Source of the DNA: Alphaproteobacteria bacterium | GTDB taxonomy: Bacteria; Pseudomonadota; Alphaproteobacteria; MPNO01; UBA830 | DNA length: 64,000 bases | Assembly (NCBI GenBank): GCA_965221485.1 | Contig: OZ244893.1 | Coordinates: forward strand, 1,929,129 to 1,993,128 | Direction of reading: 5' to 3' | Shown here: positions 50,424-59,526 of the stretch, piece by piece | Numbering within the stretch: the first letter of the stretch is position 1 | Layout of the letters: every line of letters begins with the position of its first letter | Position numbers and translations under genes: made by a program | The notes under the pieces: generated by a model | Databases searched by the model: none | What the model was told of the DNA's origin: nothing | What the model saw: only the letters and a program-made list of their open reading frames with translations

Positions 50424-50602
50424 CCGCCACGAAAATTGGCAACGAGCCCGGCCTTCTGCCGAGCCCGGGGAAGCCCGGCCAACGAGTGACGATGTCCGAT
50501 CCACAACAGTGGCTCCCTGTGCATCCCCGTCCGCCACAACAATCCCTGACGGGCCCTCAAAAGCGAGATGAACCTGCCAACAGGCTGGTTACGTGGGATG
50601 CT

Positions 50603-51943
50603 TTAACGGAGGCCGGATTCCGTTGACGGATTCAAACTGACGTCCCATTCCACTTCCAGATTCTGCACACCGCGGAACGTGAGGGTCGGGATATAGCGGA
50701 ACGTCTGTTCCGGTTTCAGTCGCATATGCGGGAGCCTGCGGATCAGTTCCTCCAGAATGACCTTCATTTCCATCCGCGCAAGGGGCGCGCCCATGCAGAA
50801 ATGGGCTCCGTGACCCAGACCCAGATGACGCCGGGCATTGTGTCGCGAAGGATCAAATTCCTCCGGGTTCGCAAATGCATCGGGATCACGGTTCGCCGAG
50901 CCCATCATGACAAGGATTTTGCTCCCCCTGGAAATCGGAACAGTGCCAATCCGGGTATCCCGTGTCGCGATCCTCCGCCAGGCAAAGATTGAACTGTCAT
51001 ATCGAAGGATCTCTTCAACGGCATTGGGAACCAGGGAAGGATCAGCAACCAGTCGTTCCCACTTGTCCCGCTCACTCAGCAGCTTCCTCAGCCCGTTAGC
51101 AGAAGCCTGGGTCGTCGTCTCGTGACCCGCAAACTGCATCAGAAACATGACGTTACGAAGGTAGTTGATCGAAAACCGTGTCGGGTCCTCCCGGTACAAA
51201 CGCACCAGATCGCCGAGATAGTTGTCTCCGGGACATTCAAGCGCATCGTCGACCAGTTTGACTGTGAAATCCCAGGACGCACCCATGTCAGCCATCATGG
51301 CAACCTGCTCCTCGTCACTGGGGAAACCCCAGTTGACGATGGCCCGTTTTGATCCCAGCGTCTTCACCATAATCGCCTTGTCGTCAGGCGCCCCCAGAAA
51401 GATAAAGATCGCCAGCGCGGGAACCTCATACAGCATCTGGCCGACAAGTTCGGCCCTGCCATCATCAATGAAACGATCAATGTAACGCGTGACGATCTTG
51501 CGTACCTGCGGTTCAACCTCATTCACCCGCTTGGGTGTGAACGCGTCACCGAAGATTTTCCGGTGCTTCCTGTGCGTCGCTGCTTCTTCGTCGACGAGCG
51601 ATGGTTCGATCTCGATGTTGAGAGTGTCACGGACTCTCGCCGCTTCGGGACACAGCGCCCTGACCGGATGCCGGGCAACGGCAGGTGAGAACGTTTCCGG
51701 ATCGCGAAACACACTCACACAATCGGCGTATTTCATCACGACCCAGCATTTCATTTCCGGACTGTAAAATACCGGTTCGGCTTCACGCGTTTCCGAGAAA
51801 AAACGATATGGGTCGGCGACATAGTCTTCCGAAAACGGCACAAAGGCTTTACCGGCAGCGGTGACCGGGCATTCGGGAGTGTTTTCCTGAGTCTCTCCTT
51901 GAGGATCAGACTGGAACATCCCGTATGAGTGTTTGCTGCTCAC
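50603..51943 (-). CDS. Cytochrome P450, stand-alone CYP116-like heme domain
   Basis: CPV...F.PF..Y..DPY, EPVFYSP, I-helix FAGHETT, EEILR (ExxR), AWRR.ATRDT and heme loop GHGAHFCMG. GTG 51943 has a GGAGG RBS; ATG 51958 is an alternative. Confidence 0.93.
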   Translation of the reverse strand: MSSKHSYGMFQSDPQGETQENTPECPVTAAGKAFVPFSEDYVADPYRFFSETREAEPVFYSPEMKCWVVMKYADCVSVFRDPETFSPAVARHPVRALCPEAARVRDTLNIEIEPSLVDEEAATHRKHRKIFGDAFTPKRVNEVEPQVRKIVTRYIDRFIDDGRAELVGQMLYEVPALAIFIFLGAPDDKAIMVKTLGSKRAIVNWGFPSDEEQVAMMADMGASWDFTVKLVDDALECPGDNYLGDLVRLYREDPTRFSINYLRNVMFLMQFAGHETTTQASANGLRKLLSERDKWERLVADPSLVPNAVEEILRYDSSIFAWRRIATRDTRIGTVPISRGSKILVMMGSANRDPDAFANPEEFDPSRHNARRHLGLGHGAHFCMGAPLARMEMKVILEELIRRLPHMRLKPEQTFRYIPTLTFRGVQNLEVEWDVSLNPSTESGLR

Positions 51944-52166
51944 ATCGCCTCCAATCATGACTTCAGAAATACGGGCTGAGGCACTTTATCCACCGATCCG
52001 TGCAAAACACAGTCGACTCATTCAGCGGGCCCTGCTGTCGTCCGTCCGGATCTCTCCGTCAACCCAAAAGACGGAACCGGCAACCGTTCGAGCTGCCCGG
52101 AAACGCGGCAACGCCGGCCGTGTCTTTCGCATGTTCTCATGTCATGCGGTCGATCACGTTTCGACT

Positions 52167-52757
52167 TCATAACGTGATACTGGGATTTCGGAGATTTCGG
52201 TCACAGTTGATCAGATTCACCTGCTTGACGTGGATCGCAGCTGTACCGCGCGAAAGCAACTCCAGCCTGTGCGCAAACCAGCCTGCCCAGGTTTGCTGCA
52301 TATCTGCCTGGAGTTCGGTAATCAGAAAGTTGGATCGGACCATGACAAATCCGGGCACGTCCGCCCGGTATACCGTCACATTGGACACGATCCGGCTGGT
52401 GCGGGAGGCGGGAACCTGAGACCAGGCATGACCGGTTCGAAGTCGGAAAATACGGTCCTGCAGCCGGCGACGGTCATCGAAAGCGACCGCAACCTCTCGT
52501 GAGGGATCGCCACCGCCGGGCGTGGCAGGGACCCAGTACAGGCATTCGTCGGCAAAGAGCGACAACCAGTCTTCATGCCGATCTTCCTCAAGAAGCCGGG
52601 CCTCCCGCTCCAGCAGGCTTCGGCATTGATCCCGTGTCGTCGGATCAGAAATCTCGCGTTGATCGGCCTGCCAACCCGAAAACTGCCGGGCGAGCCTGCC
52701 ATAGAAGCCGGAATCAATATAAAGCGACTGTCCGGATGGCTCCGCGTGATCCATCAC
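52167..52757 (-). CDS. Aromatic ring-hydroxylating dioxygenase beta subunit
   Basis: REARLL...W..LF....YWVP, DDRRRL.DRI.RL.T..AWSQ.P.SRT.R.VSN and VNLINCD. Confidence 0.92.
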   Translation of the reverse strand: MMDHAEPSGQSLYIDSGFYGRLARQFSGWQADQREISDPTTRDQCRSLLEREARLLEEDRHEDWLSLFADECLYWVPATPGGGDPSREVAVAFDDRRRLQDRIFRLRTGHAWSQVPASRTSRIVSNVTVYRADVPGFVMVRSNFLITELQADMQQTWAGWFAHRLELLSRGTAAIHVKQVNLINCDRNLRNPSITL

Positions 52758-54133
52758 GCAGCATCCTGTGGGTCACGCGTTATGGCGATATTGGGCTCCG
52801 TCGTCATGAAACGCCGATAGGCCCGAAAATACTCGCGAAGGAATACCTCGTCGGTTGCTGGTCCGCGCACCGTCCCCTCTGCATCAACCTGATGCCGGCC
52901 CGGTACATCAAGTCCGCGATGGATGTAGGCCCATTCATCTTCTTCGGCGGCAAGTCCGACCTGGATCTGTTCAAAATTCATGAGGTCGTCAACCTCACCG
53001 AAATTGGGAAACCCTTCCTGGGTTCTCATGCGCAACGCGTTGATGTCGTCCACCGCGCCGTCCAGCACATCATTTTCGTCGACCACAGCGGTACCCCACC
53101 ATGTGGTATCGGTCTCGTTCACCGACAGCGGCTGCACGACCTGTACATGATTGCCAAGGATGTGAAGATTGGGAAAGACATTGATATTGACGGGCTCCGA
53201 GGACGCAAGGTCAAGAAATTCGTCCGCCCGCCCTGAATGCTCACGTCTCAATTTTTTCTCAAAGGCCTCCATTCCCGGGTGCAACGCCTCAATTTCCCAC
53301 AGGGCACCGGGCTTGCCTCGATCAATTGTGCCTCTCTTGTCCTTGAAGTGATGTCCGTTTCGGTAGGCGTAAACATAAATTGGACCCGTATCGGGTGATT
53401 CCTTGTAGAACGCCATGCCCTTGTCCGGATGATCCGCCATGCGGTTTTCCATTGCCAGAAGGGAACGGTGCGAAAACACCACGTGGTAGCCATCGGCGGA
53501 GTTGTCATAGACAAGCTTCCAGTTGCCTTGCAATTTCAGGCGATTGGCATTGCAGAGAGCGACCGTCCCTCCCGGATGTCGATCGAGCCACTCCTCAAGA
53601 GGGCGCCGGACCGGACCAAGATATTCGAGAAGTTCCGGTGCATCGAGATTCAATGTTCCAAAAATAAAACCGCGGAAAGATTCGACGCGTGGGACCTGGG
53701 CCAGATTGAATTTGGCATCACGGAAATCCTCCGCATATCCCTCGGGCCAGGGAACCCCCGAAATCTTGCCTGAATTGAGAAAAGTCCAGCCGTGATAGGG
53801 ACACTGGAACGATTTCGCAGACCCGCTGTCGACCCGACAGACCGTCGAACCACGATGTGTACAGCGATTGAAGAGAGCCCGGATACAACCATTGGCATCC
53901 CGGGTAAGAATGATCGGCCGCAAACCCAGCCGTGTCCTGACGAAATCATTCCGTTCCGGAATTTGGCTTTCATGTCCGAGATAGACCCACACCGCGCCGA
54001 AGATCCGGGTCATTTCCTTCCGAAAAATCGGCTCCTCGGTATAGAGCAGGCGATGAACCCGATCCTCCTGAATCAGGTAATCAAAATCATAGTCCGCATC
54101 GAAGCCCATCGTGCGAGGGCTTACCCCATCCAT
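52754..54133 (-). CDS. Ring-hydroxylating dioxygenase alpha subunit, aniline dioxygenase AtdA3/TdnA1-like
   Basis: NRCTHRG...CPYHGW, NWKLVYDNSADGYHVVFSHRSLL, FPNL..LGN.VQV..PLSVNET and RMRTQEGFPNFGEVDD..NFE resemble recalled AtdA3 segments. Confidence 0.9.
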   Translation of the reverse strand: MDGVSPRTMGFDADYDFDYLIQEDRVHRLLYTEEPIFRKEMTRIFGAVWVYLGHESQIPERNDFVRTRLGLRPIILTRDANGCIRALFNRCTHRGSTVCRVDSGSAKSFQCPYHGWTFLNSGKISGVPWPEGYAEDFRDAKFNLAQVPRVESFRGFIFGTLNLDAPELLEYLGPVRRPLEEWLDRHPGGTVALCNANRLKLQGNWKLVYDNSADGYHVVFSHRSLLAMENRMADHPDKGMAFYKESPDTGPIYVYAYRNGHHFKDKRGTIDRGKPGALWEIEALHPGMEAFEKKLRREHSGRADEFLDLASSEPVNINVFPNLHILGNHVQVVQPLSVNETDTTWWGTAVVDENDVLDGAVDDINALRMRTQEGFPNFGEVDDLMNFEQIQVGLAAEEDEWAYIHRGLDVPGRHQVDAEGTVRGPATDEVFLREYFRAYRRFMTTEPNIAITRDPQDAA

Positions 54134-54179
54134 CGCTGTGATCCTGCTTCATCCATGGTGTTGGATCATCATACCCTGA

Positions 54180-55667
54180 TCAGAAGAAATCGTAATATTC
54201 ATTCTGCTCCCATTGGCTGACCGGGCCCTCCCCGGGTTCGTGTTTTGAATAACGCTCTGCTTGCCTGTACCTGGTCCATTCAGCCGCCTTGAGACGGAGA
54301 TAATAGTCCATAAAGACATCTCCGAATGCTTCACGAAATAAAGCACTCTCATTCAGCGCCTCAAGGGCCTTTCCCAGATTTTCGGGAAGGCGCGGCCTGT
54401 CCGCCTCGTAAGGGGCATCGTCCTCGGGCTGCAATTCGGATGCATGCTCCATCCCGTCAAGGCCAGCGACGATTTGTGAAGCGATGAACAGATACGGGTT
54501 GGCTGCAGGCTCGCCCGCGCGGTTCTCGATCCGGGAGGACGGATCGTCCGCGCCCCCGATAACCCGCATGAGAGCGCCGCGATGATCCGAACACCAGGTC
54601 ACCCGATCAGGAGCCAGAGAGTTTGGTCGAAACCTCCGGTACCCGTTGACAGTCGGAGTGGCGAAGACAGTGGCCGGGAGTGCATGCGTGAGGAGCCCGG
54701 CCAGAAACTGCCGTCCCGTCTCTGAAAGCGCTTCGGTACGCGACGGCGTGAACCGGTTTACGCCATCATTCTTGCCGACCAGAGACTGGTGCAGGTGCCA
54801 GCCGCTGGGAAAATGATTCTCGAGAGCGGGCTGGCACATGAACGTCGCAAAATATCCATGCCGCCGGCAAACCTGGCGGGTCGCGGTACGGAACAGTACG
54901 TAATCGTCAGCAGCTCTCATCGCATCCCGGGCGGCAAACGTAGTCTCCACCTGTCCCGGTCCATACTCGTTCTCGAGCGAACGAAATCCGAGATCGAGCC
55001 TGCCGTAAGCCCATGCCAGCTGATCGAAAATAGGCTGTATCAGATCAAGATTGGTTTCCGAGTGATATGAGTAACCCGGTTCAACGGGTGCGGTTTCAAC
55101 CGGCCGCCCGCGCCGGCCAGGCAAACCGGTATTGTCCGCTGTCAGCCGTTCCTGGGTCACACGGGCGACGTACCATTCCACCTCAAGACCGATCCGGTGG
55201 ACGAACCCAGAGGCTTCCAGGCGTCGGACCTGCCGTCGCAGAAGATGGCGCGACGAAAAGTGGAAGGGAATGCCGCTCCGAAAATACTCGTCACAGAGGA
55301 TCCAGCCCACTCTCCTTGCCCAGGGCAAGATCCGAAATGTTTCGGGATCGGGAACAATGACAAGATTGGGAGAACCCGTCATCTCGTCGAGATCCATGCC
55401 TCCACCACGAATGAACGAAGTGAAGACCCGTCCGCCCGACCCATCAAGGGTCGATGTGGCCACGTTGATGTTGTAGCCATTGACGAGCATGTCGCGAAAG
55501 GCCTCAACCGACAACGACTTGGCGCGCGCGGCGCCGTGAGGATCGGCCCATACGACCCGGATCAGGTGCAGCCGGTGTTTCTCGATCTCATCTGAAAGTC
55601 GGGTGGCCCGCTCCGACTGGATGTCCGTCCACAACCCGTGCCGCTCGATGAAGCCTTCAGTCTTCAT
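54180..55667 (-). CDS. Glutamine synthetase-like gamma-glutamyl ligase, AtdA1/TdnQ-like
   Basis: GFIERHGLWT, VPDPETFRILPWA, GLEVEWY, SGWHLHQSL, PTVNGYRR, RIENRAGEPAANPY and C-terminal VSQWEQNEY. ATG 55667. Confidence 0.9.
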   Translation of the reverse strand: MKTEGFIERHGLWTDIQSERATRLSDEIEKHRLHLIRVVWADPHGAARAKSLSVEAFRDMLVNGYNINVATSTLDGSGGRVFTSFIRGGGMDLDEMTGSPNLVIVPDPETFRILPWARRVGWILCDEYFRSGIPFHFSSRHLLRRQVRRLEASGFVHRIGLEVEWYVARVTQERLTADNTGLPGRRGRPVETAPVEPGYSYHSETNLDLIQPIFDQLAWAYGRLDLGFRSLENEYGPGQVETTFAARDAMRAADDYVLFRTATRQVCRRHGYFATFMCQPALENHFPSGWHLHQSLVGKNDGVNRFTPSRTEALSETGRQFLAGLLTHALPATVFATPTVNGYRRFRPNSLAPDRVTWCSDHRGALMRVIGGADDPSSRIENRAGEPAANPYLFIASQIVAGLDGMEHASELQPEDDAPYEADRPRLPENLGKALEALNESALFREAFGDVFMDYYLRLKAAEWTRYRQAERYSKHEPGEGPVSQWEQNEYYDFF

Positions 55668-55852
55668 GATCCAACATTTTCCTGTATTGCCAGTGCCGTG
55701 TCTCCGACAGGGTCGCGGCATACTCTATCAGGTCTCCGCCGGGAGGCGAGCGGCGCGTTGGTTCCGGAACGGAGCTCAGCAGTCTGCCTGGGCGGCCCTT
55801 CGGAACGGGTTCTCCCGATGGTTCGGATTGCGAAAACCGGTTTCACACATTG

Positions 55853-56314
55853 CGTCGTAAGGTCCACTCGATCTTCGGGTCCCGGATATCAAGCGACGTT
55901 CGCCCTTGTTCGATGTCCATCCCGTAGACGGACAAGTTTCACGACCTGTCGAGGTATTTCACGAACCACTGGTCAGGCTGCCTGAACGCCTGGTGAAACC
56001 AGCGAATCGGGACCATGTCCTCTTTGCCGGCCAGCATCAGGGTCTGGACTTGTCCGAAAGTCCTGGTGTCTCAGTTGCGGACCGACTGCCCGATCCGGCG
56101 GTCAATGCAATCGCCAAGACTCTTCCGGATGAGACTGCCTTTTGAACAGGTCGAGGGGTTTAACAGGATCCGGTGCGACACGCTTGCGGTTCACGAGCCT
56201 TATCCATTCGACCTCAAATTGCCTTGAGGCCTGGTCTTCTATGGGGGCTGGGCCTCGCGGCTTCCACGGAGGGTGTGGTGACAGACCAGCTGCGATCAAA
56301 ACCCTTTGTTCCAA
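55853..56314 (-). pseudogene. Degenerate unidentified ORF between tRNA-Ala and the GS-like gene
   Basis: One minus frame reads ...RKSLGDCIDRRIGQSVRN*DTRTFGQVQTLMLAGKEDMVPIRWFHQAFRQPDQWFVKYLDRS*NLSVYGMDIEQGRTSLDIRDPKIEWTLRRNV*. It is protein-like, with two internal TGA stops and an apparent frameshift upstream. Confidence 0.35.
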
Positions 56315-56448
56315 CCCTGCGCTTTGGTTCCGGCTGTTTTCGGTCAGTCCTGATCCGTGAAGACAGCATCAACGCCCGGGCCAGAAGTTGTGGGCAGCCT
56401 TATCTTTCCGGTCAAGGATCTCAGGGACAGGTCGCGCCCCGAAAGAAT

Positions 56449-56524
56449 TGGTGGAGCCGAGGGGAGTCGAACCCCTGACCTCAGCATTGCGAACGCTGCG
56501 CTCTCCCAACTGAGCTACGGCCCC
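56449..56524 (-). tRNA. tRNA-Ala(CGC)
   Basis: 76 nt GGGGCCGTAGCTCAGTTGGGAGAGCGCAGCGTTCGCAATGCTGAGGTCAGGGGTTCGACTCCCCTCGGCTCCACCA. G3:U70 pair, anticodon CGC, encoded CCA. Confidence 0.98.
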
Positions 56525-56995
56525 GGACACTCTGCCACTGGCAGGTTGACCGGAAACTGCAGTTCTCCAGGGATCTTGTCAAGACCTGACATCAAAACCC
56601 TGGTGCAAACCCGGGGACGCGCGGTTGGGTAACCTGTGATCACTTCCGCGACACTCAATCACCCGGTCTGCAAGTGACGGTCCCCGACTGTCTCCCACGA
56701 TGTCCGGCAGTGCCGGTCGAAAACAGACCGACATCAGGTTCGATACAGTGTCGGGCCTGAATGTTGAACAACAACAGACCTGGGTCCACGCCTGCAATCC
56801 GGAACCGATTGGCGCGGCCGCATTTGCAAGGAGCCATGGCTGCAACATGGTTCCCTTCTACCGGTCCGGATTTCCGTCCCTGCGTCCAGCCATCAGATTC
56901 CGGTGACACGCTGCCGCCCTCTCTTGCGCCCGACATGCGCTACCGTTAGGCTCCGATCCGAAAACGGGGTGCAGAATCAACACACGGAATCCGTA

Positions 56996-57274
56996 ATGCA
57001 CGCAGTACTGAGCCTGATCGACAATATCATTACCTTGTATCTATGGGTCGTCTTTGCGGCCGTGATTTCGAGCTGGCTCATTGCGTTCAACGTCATCAAC
57101 ACATCGAACCGGTTTGTTTACGTTGTTATGGATTTTCTCCATCGTGCCACCGAACCGGTCCTGGAGCCCATACGCAGATTTCTGCCCAATCTCGGTGGGA
57201 TAGACTTGTCTCCCGTCGTCCTCATCCTGTTGCTCCTGTTCCTGCGCGACTTCCTTTTCGAACTGGCCCGCTGA
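56996..57274 (+). CDS. yggT: YggT family membrane protein
   Basis: [12 protein letters not shown]...[25 protein letters not shown] 56996. Confidence 0.92.
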   Translation: MHAVLSLIDNIITLYLWVVFAAVISSWLIAFNVINTSNRFVYVVMDFLHRATEPVLEPIRRFLPNLGGIDLSPVVLILLLLFLRDFLFELAR

Positions 57275-57308
57275 CGTCTCAAATCCCGGAAGCTGCTCGC
57301 GATCTCAC

Positions 57309-58196
57309 ATGAGCAAGGCCTCGCGCATCGACGGAAAGGAGTTTGCGGCAGGGTTGCGGCGCCGCATTACGCGCCAGACGGCGACCCTCAAAAGCGCACA
57401 CGACATCACACCTGGTCTCGCGGCCGTTCTTGTCGGGTCAGATCCGGCCAGCACAGTTTATGTGCGCAACAAGAATCGCCAGACCCTGGAAGTCGGCATG
57501 AACAGTTTCGGACAGTCATTGCCGGAAGAAACCCCCCAGAAGGAACTCCTCAGGATCATTTCCGACCTCAACGCGGATCCGGAGGTTCACGGAATTCTGG
57601 TTCAATTGCCCCTGCCGCAACATATTGATCCGGATGCGGTTATCCAGGCTATCGATCCGGCGAAGGATGTCGACGGCTTTCATCCTCTCAATGCCGGCGC
57701 ACTGGCATCGGGTCGAAGTGGCATGGTGCCCTGCACACCCCTGGGTTGCATGATGCTGATAAGGGACCGCATTGATGACCTGAGCGGTCTGAATGCCGTT
57801 ATTGTGGGCCGTTCCAACATTGTGGGAAAGCCCATGGCACTGATGTTGCTGGCTGCGCACTGCACCGTAACGGTCGCGCATTCCCGCACCCGGAATCTGC
57901 CGGAAATCTGTCGGCGCGCCGACATACTGGTTGCTGCGACCGGTCAGCCAGAAATGATCAAGGGTGACTGGATCCGCCCCGGTGCAACAGTCATTGATGT
58001 CGGGATCAATCGCGTGCAGGCCGATAAGGGAAACTCCCGTCTGGTCGGCGATGTGGAGTTCGAAACCGCAAGGAAGGTCGCGGGAGCCATAACCCCGGTT
58101 CCCGGTGGTGTCGGGCCGATGACTATTGCCTGTCTTTTACGCAATACCCTGATTGCAGCGTGCCGGCAGAGCGACGTTCAGCCTCCCGAAATCTGA
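57309..58196 (+). CDS. folD: Bifunctional methylene-THF dehydrogenase/cyclohydrolase
   Basis: [36 protein letters not shown] and [13 protein letters not shown]. Confidence 0.97.
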   Translation: MSKASRIDGKEFAAGLRRRITRQTATLKSAHDITPGLAAVLVGSDPASTVYVRNKNRQTLEVGMNSFGQSLPEETPQKELLRIISDLNADPEVHGILVQLPLPQHIDPDAVIQAIDPAKDVDGFHPLNAGALASGRSGMVPCTPLGCMMLIRDRIDDLSGLNAVIVGRSNIVGKPMALMLLAAHCTVTVAHSRTRNLPEICRRADILVAATGQPEMIKGDWIRPGATVIDVGINRVQADKGNSRLVGDVEFETARKVAGAITPVPGGVGPMTIACLLRNTLIAACRQSDVQPPEI

Positions 58197-58215
58197 TACA
58201 TATAAAGTCTCCGCA

Positions 58216-59085
58216 TTACGCGTTGTTGCGTTTTTCCCTTATCTCCCGGATTGTTGTGTAGTAACCGGCAGCAAAGATGACCATTGCACCCACCCAGGTC
58301 CAGACATCAACGATCTCCGCAAACAGCAGGAAGCCCATAGCCGCGGCCAGGGGCAAACGGAGAAAATCAAACGGCATGACAGCGCTCGCATCACCGGCGG
58401 CAAAGGCCCGGGCCTGGCACAGGTGAGCCGCCCAGCCCGATATCGCCATGACCAGCAAGGGAAGCACATCCTCCCGCCCGGGGGTGACCCAGTTGAATGC
58501 AGTCGGAATCGCCGTCAAGGGAACCATCAGCAAATTCATCCAGAAAACTGTAACCGCCGCGGAATCGGTTCGGGTCAGGATCTTGACGCTCGACCAGGCT
58601 CCGGCATAGAGCGCTGATGACAGGACAGCCAGCAGGACAGGCGTTCCGATTTCCGTAAAACCGGGCCGGAGAATGATCAGCGCACCACAAAACCCGATAA
58701 CTGTTGCTGCCCAGCGGTGCCGCCCGACGAATTCCTTGAGAACGACATGGGCTGCAATGGTGGTAAACAGGGGAATCAGGAAGGTCAGCGCGACAACCTC
58801 AGCGACGGGCAGGTCGACAAGCGCGTAATAAAGTGTTGCCATTGCGAGCAAAGCGAAGAGGGTTCGCACGAGATGCATCGGGAACCGTTTCGTATTCAGG
58901 GCGGTGATGCCGGATCGCGAGACCAACGGCAGGACCATCAGCAATCCCACCAATGCCCGCACGAAAACTATCTCGAAGGCATCGAATTTGCCTCCCAGAT
59001 AGCGAACACTGGTCATCATGACCGCGAAGCTCACGGCAGCCATCACTGCCCAGGAAGCAGAAGCGAGAAAACCGGTCCGCAACAT
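58216..59085 (-). CDS. EamA/DMT family transporter
   Basis: About 10 TM segments, EIVFVR and MPFDFLRL. ATG 59085 preferred. Confidence 0.87.
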   Translation of the reverse strand: MLRTGFLASASWAVMAAVSFAVMMTSVRYLGGKFDAFEIVFVRALVGLLMVLPLVSRSGITALNTKRFPMHLVRTLFALLAMATLYYALVDLPVAEVVALTFLIPLFTTIAAHVVLKEFVGRHRWAATVIGFCGALIILRPGFTEIGTPVLLAVLSSALYAGAWSSVKILTRTDSAAVTVFWMNLLMVPLTAIPTAFNWVTPGREDVLPLLVMAISGWAAHLCQARAFAAGDASAVMPFDFLRLPLAAAMGFLLFAEIVDVWTWVGAMVIFAAGYYTTIREIREKRNNA

Positions 59086-59526
59086 CACACTATAATCATT
59101 GAACCTGTTCGCGAAACAAGACCGCTGGAAGGGCTCGGGAGACGCCATGCCACTCGCAAAGCCTGCTGCAGCCATATATCGCCGACCACTGTTTTCCGTC
59201 AGCTGCCTGCAGAACCCATGGACAAGCGGATCCGGATGACGGCATGGGCACATTCCTCAGGGACCGGTCTGCCGAGTACAGCCGCGTCGTCATTTCAGCC
59301 GGGATGGTTGGCGGAAGCCAGGTTCGGACCACACGGCCTCCGGCGTTGCAGGCAGCGACACCGCACACTATATCTTATTCTGGGAGTATCGTGCCGATGA
59401 TCACCCTGTCATTCCGCCGGCGTCAACGGACCGGTAGAGTGCCTCGAATATACCCTGAGTGATGGCGGGACTTGCAATCGTGACGAAGCCTCGACCCTCC
59501 CGGTGGGGAACGACCAGGATAATTTC

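Noticed and set aside
49096-50562. 9-bp inverted repeat TTTTGAGGG / CCCTCAAAA flanking the ATPase pseudogene as transposon ends
   Set aside because: The match does not extend, there is no target duplication or transposase, and it is plausible by chance.
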